Shown here piece by piece: positions 48,701 through 56,412 of a stretch of DNA of 64,000 nucleotides (position 1 is its first letter; the number at the start of each line of letters is the position of its first letter). This stretch comes from an uncultured Bacteroidales bacterium (lineage in GTDB: Bacteria; Bacteroidota; Bacteroidia; Bacteroidales; FEN-979), in the NCBI GenBank assembly GCA_903959905.1, contig CAJBYO010000007.1, positions 8,164-72,163 on the forward strand, in the 5' to 3' direction. The position numbers and the translations under genes were made by a program. The notes beneath the pieces were generated by a model that was not told where the DNA came from, searched no databases, and saw only the letters and a program-made list of their open reading frames with translations.

Positions 48701-50041
48701 GGAATATCCCCACGGTTCGTAATAAGATGGGAAAACTGTTCCGTCAAACCCGATCAGCAGGTTGTAATAGTTTAAGTTAAAAATGCCGTCAGACCCGTTC
48801 AGGTAAGTGGGTATATAAATGACCTTGACCTTGTCTTCCGGTCGGTTTAAGAGGCCATTTGCTTTTATCCTTTGAAGGATCAGGTCATTTTCAGGTTCAA
48901 CAAGGTCGTGGGTCAGGTACTCTTCTGTTCTTGGCTGACTAAAATCTTTTCTTGTCAGCCGGTCAAGCAACCCTTTCCGCGGGACGTTGTTTCCTGAGGA
49001 GACAGCAATAACGGCTATCACCTGTTCAGGTAACCTTGGTTGTTTGTTGAGTAAACCCAGTGAGTCAATGAAGATGTCTATTCCCTTGTTGCGAACCTCA
49101 TAACGGCCGCTGTTGAGGATGAGAATGGTATCCTTTGCAAATTGTTCCCCGGTGAGCGCGTGTGCAACCTCCAGCACCTTTTCACGTGAAGCCGCCCGCC
49201 TGGCTGTAAATTCCTCTTTCACCGGCACCCAGGAGTCATCAAAACCGTTTGGAGTAAGCAGATCCGCTTCCTTCTCCAGAAAATGGCGGCACTCGGTGTT
49301 TGTGATCTGCGATTGGGTGGTAAAACAATCTGCTTCCTGAGCAGCCAGTTTCTCCAGTGAGAATTTGGCCATTACGCCAAACTGCCTCGCAATAGCCTCC
49401 GCATTGTAATTTTCTACATTCTTGTACAAGGGCAAATCGTGGGCAGCAATAGTTCGGCCAACCACGGTTGCATGGGCTGTAAAGACAGTCCCGATTTGCG
49501 GAACACGCTCCTTGAGGTACAAGATGCCGGTACCGGTCATCCATTCGTGGAACTGTGCAATGATTTTATCAAGATGGGAAAGGTTATAGCTGTAGAAGCT
49601 GTCGATAATCTTTCCGGCAGCATAGCCAAAGAATGCCGGTTCAATGTATGCCCAGTCACCGGTAAGCGAATCAAGCTTGTACTTTTCCCAGAAATGGGCA
49701 AAGATTTTGTCTTTTTCAGAAAAATAGGGGGTAAAATCAACCAGTATCACCACTGGTTTTCCGGGGATGTTCCAGCGTCCGATCTTGATGCGCATACCTT
49801 CCGATTCGGCTACTTCGCGCCAGGATCTGAATAGGAATTTATCTTCAAGAAATTCGGGATTCTGATGGGTCTCTTTCCAGACGTCAGGTCCTATTAAAAT
49901 ATAATTATCCTTATATTCTTCTGCTAAAATCTTTGCTTTTGATGCGATAGCGGTGTATATTCCTCCGACTTTGTTGCAGACTTCCCAACTTGTCTCAAAT
50001 ACATAGTCGGGAACCATCAGCAGCTTATCCTTCATTGCCAT
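45791..50041 (-). CDS. fusion protein: N-terminal eukaryote-type (GT3-like) glycogen synthase + C-terminal alpha-glucan phosphorylase (GT35)
   Basis: The N-terminus [18 protein letters not shown] matches the [15 protein letters not shown] signature of GT3 glycogen synthases. From about aa 575: [10 protein letters not shown] (DUF3417-type), [32 protein letters not shown], and the PLP-lysine motif [15 protein letters not shown] of GT35 phosphorylases. An extra approx. 110-aa beta-rich C-terminal domain follows. Single uninterrupted 1416-aa ORF. Confidence 0.85.
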   Translation of the reverse strand: [1416 protein letters not shown]

Positions 50042-50043
50042 AA

Positions 50044-51459
50044 TTATTTTTCTTTTCGTTTTGTTTTTGCCGGTGTAACTTTAACTTTCGCTGTCTTGGC
50101 CGATGGGGCCTTCTTTGCAGGTTTTTCGGGGACAGCCTTTGTTTTTATCTCTTTTTTCAGTGGTTTTACCGGCTCAACTTTAACTTTTGCCGGTTTCGGT
50201 GCAGCCTTTTTTGCCGGTTTCTCCGGCTTCGCTGCTTTTTTAATTTCTGTTACTGCCGGCAGTAAATCACTGCTGTCATATTCATCAACCCTGATCATGA
50301 AATCAGACAGCACATTCATATAGTTGATAAAAGCCTCATAAGGTGAGCCGTAGGGATTGAAATACTTATGAACCTCCCCTGCTGAGAACCATTTGGTACA
50401 CATGTAGTAGAAATGGCTGCTTGTTTGCAGGTAAAGCCAGTCCTGCTGGATTTGAGGATCCTTGCAGTTTCTGACTTTTGTTTCATAGGTATATAGTTTT
50501 CCGAAGGCTTCGTCCTGAAGCTCATTTCCCAGCCACGCAGTGAGATCGCGTTCTTCATCGGCCCAGGAAATGGGATAAGGAACGGAAATCGCTGAAACCG
50601 GCTGCAATTCGTGGTACAGTTGCTCAGGTGTATTGAAGGTGAAATTTGATTTGGCAAAGACCATGGCAGGCAGGTGCCTGAAAAAATCAAAGATCCCGGT
50701 TTCTTTCCACTGATGTTCGCCAATGGTTTCATAATCAAGGAACAGGTTAACCACCTCTTCCTTTTTCTCAATGTTATTAAGCCATTTGACAAACTTTTCT
50801 GTTGTAAGCGGCCATTCCGACCACTCCTGGCTGGAGAACCTGAAGGTAATATCGTCGCTGAGGCGGAAATTGCGGAGCAGCACTTTCAGTTTCGGGTTGA
50901 TATTGTTGCAATACATGTAGTTGGGGCTTTTCCAACCCAGCACATGTTTCGCACCTTCTGTGAGCATGGTGTGAAATCCCATGTCGGCAACCATCTCTCC
51001 TATCTGATCAGAGTATATCAACTCGGTATTTCTGAAGGTAGTTGGCCTTTTGCCAAACAACTCTTCCACGCGGGAGGCATGAAGTTCAACCTGGCGAACA
51101 AACTCATCTCGGTTCGTGAGGGATGACAGTGAATGGGCATAGGTTTCAGCCAAAAACTCAACCTGGCCTGTATCCGCAAGCTGCCTGAAACTTTTAATCA
51201 CCTCCGGAACGTGCATCTGCAGCTGATCCAGGGCGGTTCCCGAAATGGAATAGCTTACCTTGAACGCGCTGCCATATTCCCTGATCAGGTCAAGCATCAT
51301 GTTGTTGGCGGGCAGATATGATTTTTCCGCAATCCTTTTAATGATATGTCGGTTCTGGTAGTCATCATAATAGTGATGATCTTGTCCGATATTGAAAAAC
51401 CGGTAAGTCCTTAAGCGAAATGGCTGGTGGACTTGAAAATACAAACAGATGGATCTCAT
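50044..51459 (-). CDS. GH57-family alpha-glucan-active enzyme with lysine/proline/alanine-rich C-terminal tail
   Basis: The N-terminus MRSICLYFQVHQPFRLR is the typical GH57 start. The last 65 aa (KKAAKPEKPAKKAAPKPAKVKVEPVKP...TPAKTKRKEK) contain 24 Lys by my count. Confidence 0.75.
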   Translation of the reverse strand: MRSICLYFQVHQPFRLRTYRFFNIGQDHHYYDDYQNRHIIKRIAEKSYLPANNMMLDLIREYGSAFKVSYSISGTALDQLQMHVPEVIKSFRQLADTGQVEFLAETYAHSLSSLTNRDEFVRQVELHASRVEELFGKRPTTFRNTELIYSDQIGEMVADMGFHTMLTEGAKHVLGWKSPNYMYCNNINPKLKVLLRNFRLSDDITFRFSSQEWSEWPLTTEKFVKWLNNIEKKEEVVNLFLDYETIGEHQWKETGIFDFFRHLPAMVFAKSNFTFNTPEQLYHELQPVSAISVPYPISWADEERDLTAWLGNELQDEAFGKLYTYETKVRNCKDPQIQQDWLYLQTSSHFYYMCTKWFSAGEVHKYFNPYGSPYEAFINYMNVLSDFMIRVDEYDSSDLLPAVTEIKKAAKPEKPAKKAAPKPAKVKVEPVKPLKKEIKTKAVPEKPAKKAPSAKTAKVKVTPAKTKRKEK

Positions 51460-51463
51460 ATGA

Positions 51464-52750
51464 TCAATTGGTTACAGCTTTATTATATACATCAAGAATA
51501 TTAACAGCAGCATTTTCCCAGATAAGGTTGTCAACTTCTGCCTTTCCATAGCGGATGAACATTTTGCTCAGACCTTCGTAATGGAGGATGCCGTAAATGG
51601 CATCGGCAAGGGCATCAATGTCCCAGAAATCAACTTTCAATGCATGCTGAAGAACTTCGGCGACACCCGATTGTTTGGAAATCACCACCGGTACGTTGGA
51701 GCGCATGGCTTCAAGCGGTGAAATCCCGAAAGGTTCAGAAACAGAGGGCATCACATACACATCGCTCATCGCAAACATGGTATCCACCTCAGGACCCGCG
51801 AGGAACCCGGTAAAGTGAAATTTGGTGGCAATTTTAAGTTGTGCGACACGGCGGATCATCCTGTTAAGCAGGTCGCCTGATCCAGCCATCACAAAACGCA
51901 CATTCGAATCACGCTTAAGGACCTTGTATGCCGCTTCCACAAAATAATCAGGGCCTTTCTGATAGGTAACACGGCCAAGGAATGTAACAACCTTTTCCTT
52001 GACATGTTTGGTTACACCATCCACTTCCGGGCGGTCAACAGGTTCTACTGCATTGTGCACGGTAATTACCTTTTCAGCCGGGATGCCATATTTTTCAATA
52101 ACGATCTGGCGGGTCAGGTTGCTGACCGTGATCACCAGGTCGGCTTCTGTCATTCCCTGGCGTTCAATATCATAAACAGGCTGGTTTACATGTTCGCCCG
52201 ACCGGTCAAATTCAGTGGCATGCACATGGACTACGAGCGGCTTGCCCGAAATTTTCTTGGCTGCGATGCCTGCAGGATAAGTAAGCCAGTCGTGCGCATG
52301 GATCACATCAAATGTATTGCTTGTAGCGATGGAAGAGGCTACAAGGGCATAACGTGACACCTCCTGCATGAGATTTGGCCCGTATTTACCGGAAAAGGAG
52401 TATTGCTTTGAAAAAACGGAGTTGGTTTCGGTTGTTCCGGTCAGTTTTTCCTGTGTCACCATGGCTTCAAACTCTTCCGGGCCCAGGTATGGAACCAGGT
52501 TGGATCCGATTTCCATGAACTGGATCTTCTCCAGATACTCGCGGGTATCGGTTTTGCTGAAATCAAGCACAACATCGCTGGCATTTACCAGCCTGAATCC
52601 GTCCTTGGTTTCGTCGCCGAAAGCTTTAGGAACGACGAAGATGACTTCAACCCCGTGCTTGACCAGTCCTTTGGTCAAACCGAAACAAGCTGTTCCAAGT
52701 CCGCCGGTGATATGCGGGGGGAATTCCCACCCAAACATTAAAACACGCAT
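51464..52750 (-). CDS. GT4-family glycosyltransferase (glycogen-synthase-like)
   Basis: MRVLMFGWEFPPHITGGLGTA N-terminus and GT-B C-terminal PSVSEPFGISPLEAM (E-x7-E region). Confidence 0.75.
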   Translation of the reverse strand: MRVLMFGWEFPPHITGGLGTACFGLTKGLVKHGVEVIFVVPKAFGDETKDGFRLVNASDVVLDFSKTDTREYLEKIQFMEIGSNLVPYLGPEEFEAMVTQEKLTGTTETNSVFSKQYSFSGKYGPNLMQEVSRYALVASSIATSNTFDVIHAHDWLTYPAGIAAKKISGKPLVVHVHATEFDRSGEHVNQPVYDIERQGMTEADLVITVSNLTRQIVIEKYGIPAEKVITVHNAVEPVDRPEVDGVTKHVKEKVVTFLGRVTYQKGPDYFVEAAYKVLKRDSNVRFVMAGSGDLLNRMIRRVAQLKIATKFHFTGFLAGPEVDTMFAMSDVYVMPSVSEPFGISPLEAMRSNVPVVISKQSGVAEVLQHALKVDFWDIDALADAIYGILHYEGLSKMFIRYGKAEVDNLIWENAAVNILDVYNKAVTN

Positions 52751-52753
52751 TTT

Positions 52754-52783
52754 GATTTACGATTATGAGATTTACGATTGACG
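52754..52783. repeat. 15-bp-period tandem duplication GATTTACGATT(ATGA/GACG)
   Basis: GATTTACGATT at 52754-52764 and again at 52769-52779, in the 53-bp spacer between the debranching-enzyme stop and the GT4 start. Confidence 0.7.
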
Positions 52784-52803
52784 ATGTATGGGTTCGCAAG
52801 CGT

Positions 52804-54747
52804 TTAACTAAATTTCTTTATAAGATATCCTATTCTGAGCAGTTCGGCGACGGAGGATGCCTGGGAAATGGCACCTCTGCCAACATGGGGCGGATCGCCG
52901 TCATAAAGTTCAGAAATCGTTCCTATTCCATGTTCGGTCATCACTGCTTCAAAGCCTTCATACAATGATTTGATCAGCGACATGCCACTTTTCCCGTGAA
53001 TTTTCAGGTAGCCTTCCACAAAATGCCCCAACAGCCAGGGGGAAACAGAACCCTGATGGTAAGCGGCTTCCCGTTCTGCCTGGTTACCGTAATATATACC
53101 CTTGTAAATCGGGCTCTTGGGCGTTAGGGTTCGCAAACCCCGCGTTGTAAGCAACTCCTGTTTAACCCTGCTCAGCACCTCTTTCCTGATCTCTTCAGAA
53201 ACCGGGCTGTAAGGCAGGGATGTGGCAATAACCATATTTGGCCTGACCGCCCAGTCTACATATGCTCCGTCGATGTAATCGGCCAGGTACCGCCTTTCGG
53301 GGCTCCAGAATTTTTCAACAAACGAGATTTTTACCTGTTCGGCAATGACCTCCCATTTCTTACAGAAAGCAGCGTCGCCAGCCTCTTTAGCCAATTCCGT
53401 TGCAAAGCAGATGGCATTGTACCACAGGGCATTTATTTCAACCGTTTTACCCATTCGCGGGGTGACTGGTTTGCCATTGGCGACGGCATCCATCCAGGTG
53501 AGGGCAACCCCATGCTGTGTGGCATCGATCAGGCCATCGGTATCCATGTGTATGTTAAACTCCGTACCGCTGTGGTAGCCGTCAAGAATGGCTTTCATTC
53601 TTTTGCCGTAGTCCTTCCACACAGCTCCTTTATCACCTGTGGCATCTGCATACTGCTGCAGCGTCCAGAAAAACCAAAGTGAAGTATCTGCTGCATTCCA
53701 GGTAGCAGAGGCCCCGCTTCCGAAGTTAGGGAAGAGCGGGCCCTTCATTTCCGACACCATCGTGTCAATGATGGCCTTGCATGTTACGATGTCACCTTTT
53801 ACGAGTGTAAGCCCGGGCAATGAAACAAATGTGCTTCGTCCCGATCTGCCAAACCAGGGAAACCCGGCAATGATCTCCGTCCCTTTTTCTTTTTTAATTA
53901 TAAATTGCTGCGCAGCGTTTGTGAGGCAGTTGGCAAAGTTATTCCGTGGAATGCGTTTTTCAAGTTCAGCGTCAAAGGCCCTTTTCATGGATGCAGGATT
54001 CAGTTCTTTCGTTCCTGCAGCGAAGTAAACACTTTCGCCCTTTTTGATGTCAAATTCAAAAAAGCCCGGAACATACAGATCTTCCTGGTAGTCATATCCC
54101 CTGTCCATCTCTTCCTGGTACTCAATCTTGTAATACCAGTCGGGCACATGGGTGTATTCATTTTCCTTTGACACCTGCATGCAGAGATCGGTATATCCCT
54201 GGTACATCCTCACTTTGATGCCATCGGGGATTTTTTCATACTTTTTATCTGCAAAGATATTCTCCTTACTCAGCTCATGGATGTTCCTGAATGCCAGGAA
54301 CGGTTTGAGCCTTAACTTCGTTGGGGAGTGGGCATCAACCAGGGTATACTTTATGATCATCCGGTCTTCCCGTGTGGTGAAAAGCATCTCTTTGGTAAGG
54401 ATCACCCCGCCAACGCGGTAGGTCATCTTAGGATAGGGTTCCGTGACGAAATCCCTGATGTATTTGTGCCCCTTGGGGTTATATATGCCGCCCGGGTATT
54501 TATGAATGCCCAGGTTGAATTCAGAGTCCATCTGGATCACTGTTTCATCCAGTGTTGACAGCAAAACATGATTTTCATGATCAATGCCGGGCTGAGGTGT
54601 GACGAGCATTCCGTGGTACCTGCGGGTGTTGCAATTGGCGATGGTGGAGTTTGCATAAGACCCTGCCCTGTTTGACCGCAAAAGCTCGCGGTTCAGGGAG
54701 TATTCAAGGTTCACAAGCTGGCTTTTGTCAAAATTGATATAACTCAT
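52804..54747 (-). CDS. glycogen debranching enzyme (amylo-alpha-1,6-glucosidase family, archaeal/bacterial GDE type)
   Basis: SNRAGSYANSTIANCNTRRYHGMLV N-terminal motif and an (alpha/alpha)6 C-terminal domain (GFPWFGRSGRSTF...SPWLLGHFVEGY). I chose the start MSYINFDKSQL (54747). The 27 upstream codons of the tracked ORF overlap candidate promoter motifs. Confidence 0.82.
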   Translation of the reverse strand: MSYINFDKSQLVNLEYSLNRELLRSNRAGSYANSTIANCNTRRYHGMLVTPQPGIDHENHVLLSTLDETVIQMDSEFNLGIHKYPGGIYNPKGHKYIRDFVTEPYPKMTYRVGGVILTKEMLFTTREDRMIIKYTLVDAHSPTKLRLKPFLAFRNIHELSKENIFADKKYEKIPDGIKVRMYQGYTDLCMQVSKENEYTHVPDWYYKIEYQEEMDRGYDYQEDLYVPGFFEFDIKKGESVYFAAGTKELNPASMKRAFDAELEKRIPRNNFANCLTNAAQQFIIKKEKGTEIIAGFPWFGRSGRSTFVSLPGLTLVKGDIVTCKAIIDTMVSEMKGPLFPNFGSGASATWNAADTSLWFFWTLQQYADATGDKGAVWKDYGKRMKAILDGYHSGTEFNIHMDTDGLIDATQHGVALTWMDAVANGKPVTPRMGKTVEINALWYNAICFATELAKEAGDAAFCKKWEVIAEQVKISFVEKFWSPERRYLADYIDGAYVDWAVRPNMVIATSLPYSPVSEEIRKEVLSRVKQELLTTRGLRTLTPKSPIYKGIYYGNQAEREAAYHQGSVSPWLLGHFVEGYLKIHGKSGMSLIKSLYEGFEAVMTEHGIGTISELYDGDPPHVGRGAISQASSVAELLRIGYLIKKFS

Positions 54748-54773
54748 TTTGCTTGATTTTCCTGACAACTTTT

Positions 54774-54781
54774 CAAATGTA
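54774..54781 (-). promoter_or_regulatory. candidate -7 promoter element (TACATTTG) for the alpha-glucan operon
   Basis: Exact TAnnTTTG match on the minus strand 27 nt upstream of the ATG at 54747. A second match (TACCTTTG) lies at 54812-54819. Confidence 0.4.
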
Positions 54782-54859
54782 GGTGAAAAAAAATTGATTT
54801 GCAAAGGTACGATTTTCCCCGCTTTCATCGTTAGTCTGAATAAAAGTTAATATTTGTTT

Positions 54860-54867
54860 TAATTTTG
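54860..54867 (+). promoter_or_regulatory. candidate -7 promoter element (TAATTTTG)
   Basis: Exact TAnnTTTG match 22 nt upstream of the ATG at 54889. Confidence 0.4.
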
Positions 54868-54888
54868 TAGTCCTAAAGAACTGAGATC

Positions 54889-56301
54889 ATGCGAATTTCA
54901 AAGCTGTTGTCCTGCTGCCTTCTCCTCGTGATGGTGACATTTGGTTTTCTATCCTGCCGGAAGAAGGACAAAGTCGACACCAGTCCGTCCATGCAGCTTG
55001 CCTTTTCCACCGATACAGTCTTTTTTGACACGGTATTTCCCTCGCTGGGATCCATTACCAAAAGGCTGGTGGTGTATAACAACAATGCGAACAAAGTAAG
55101 CATCTCCTCCATCCGGCTGGCTGGCGGAACTGCTTCCAGTTACCGGCTTAACGTCAACGGCACACCTGCATCAGACCTTTCCAATGTGGAGATTCCCGGT
55201 GATGACAGCATTTATATATTTGTCAGGGTTACCATTGATCCGCAAAACGTGAGTACACCATATATTGTAAGTGATTTGATTGAATTCATGACGAACGGCA
55301 ACCCTCAGCAGGTGAAACTGGTTTCCTGGGGGCGTGAGGCAGTTTTTTATCACAATGAATCCATCTCCGGCAGCATCACCTGGGACAGCCTGCTGGCGCA
55401 TGTCATATACGGTTCGTTGCGTATTGACACCAATTCCACACTGACCATCATGCCCGGCACAAAGGTTTACCTGCACAAAGACGCTTACCTGGCCGTTTCA
55501 TACCAGTCATCCCTGAAGGTGCAGGGAACACTGGAGCATCCTGTGAGGGTACAGGGCGACCGGATGGACCCCTATTATAAAGATCTTCCCGGCCAGTGGG
55601 GCGGCATCTACCTTGAAAAAGGAAGCCGTGACCATGACATGAATTATGCATACATCAAAAACGGTATTTTCGGTGTTGCCGTTGATTCCCTGGGAAGGGA
55701 CGGAGCGCCGATGCTCAATATGAGCAACTGCATCATCCAGAATATGTCGTCGGTGGGTATTTACGCCTATGGAAGTTCTATCAACGGGGTCAACTGTGTA
55801 ATCGGCGACTGCGGCGGGAATTGCCTTTCCGTCAATTACGGCGGTGAGTATGACTTCAGGTACCTGACTGTGGGAAACTATTGGTTTGCATCCGTGCGCC
55901 ATGCAGCAAGCGTATACCTGAACAATTATACCTACGACACCCTCACGGGCAACAAGATTTTCAGTCCGCTCAAAAAGGCCTGGTTTACCAATGCGATCAT
56001 TTACGGAACCAATGATGATGAGATTGAACTGGATTCAGCCGGCGGAGCAATGTTCAACTACCAGTTTGACCATGCATTGCTGAAAACCAAACTGAAAACG
56101 AATAACCCGCTGAAGTATATCAACTGCCTCGTCAACAAAGATCCGAAGTTTGTGGATGCCTATAAACTCAATTACCAGATTGACAGCATCTCTCCTGCGA
56201 TCAAGGCTGCAAAGGATATTGGGATTCCCAGGGATATACGGGGCAACAACCGCGGGCAGGAGCCGGCGCTGGGGGCGTATGAGTATGTAAAAGGGAAGTA
56301 G
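54889..56301 (+). CDS. lipoprotein with probable right-handed parallel beta-helix repeats
   Basis: Lipobox VTFGFLSC. The central region has repeated short N/G/I-rich strands (NMSNCIIQNMSSVGIYAYGSSINGVNCVIGDCGGNCLSVNYGG) reminiscent of PbH1 repeats. No catalytic motif recognised. Confidence 0.6.
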   Translation: MRISKLLSCCLLLVMVTFGFLSCRKKDKVDTSPSMQLAFSTDTVFFDTVFPSLGSITKRLVVYNNNANKVSISSIRLAGGTASSYRLNVNGTPASDLSNVEIPGDDSIYIFVRVTIDPQNVSTPYIVSDLIEFMTNGNPQQVKLVSWGREAVFYHNESISGSITWDSLLAHVIYGSLRIDTNSTLTIMPGTKVYLHKDAYLAVSYQSSLKVQGTLEHPVRVQGDRMDPYYKDLPGQWGGIYLEKGSRDHDMNYAYIKNGIFGVAVDSLGRDGAPMLNMSNCIIQNMSSVGIYAYGSSINGVNCVIGDCGGNCLSVNYGGEYDFRYLTVGNYWFASVRHAASVYLNNYTYDTLTGNKIFSPLKKAWFTNAIIYGTNDDEIELDSAGGAMFNYQFDHALLKTKLKTNNPLKYINCLVNKDPKFVDAYKLNYQIDSISPAIKAAKDIGIPRDIRGNNRGQEPALGAYEYVKGK

Positions 56302-56310
56302 GGAAAAGGG

Positions 56311-56355
56311 AATGACGAATATGCCAATGACGAATATGCGAATGACGAATATGCG
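56311..56355. repeat. tandem 15-mer AATGACGAATATGC(C/G) x3
   Basis: Three head-to-tail units at 56311-25, 56326-40 and 56341-55, between the lipoprotein stop and the sucD 3' end. The same 15-mer recurs at 57336-57365 and, inverted, at 57464-57478. Confidence 0.9.
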
Positions 56356-56373
56356 AATAATGTGCTACTCCGC

Positions 56374-56411
56374 CATTTTACCATTTTACCATTTTACCGT
56401 TTTACCATTTC
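56374..56411. repeat. tandem 8-mer CATTTTAC x about 4.5
   Basis: CATTTTAC CATTTTAC CATTTTAC CGTTTTAC CATTTC, ending directly next to the sucD stop codon. Confidence 0.85.
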
Positions 56412-56412
56412 A

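Noticed and set aside
54748-54828. Longer N-terminus (MKAGKIVPLQINFF…) for the debranching enzyme
   Set aside because: The extension is not part of the conserved GDE N-terminus and contains two TAnnTTTG promoter-like motifs. The start at 54747 is preferred, although the longer form cannot be excluded without TSS data.
56172-56384. 70-aa minus-strand ORF (…FAYSSFAYSSLAYSSFPFPYFPF…)
   Set aside because: Its periodic sequence is just the translation of the 15-mer tandem repeat, and it overlaps the 3' end of the lipoprotein gene. It is a repeat artefact, not a gene.
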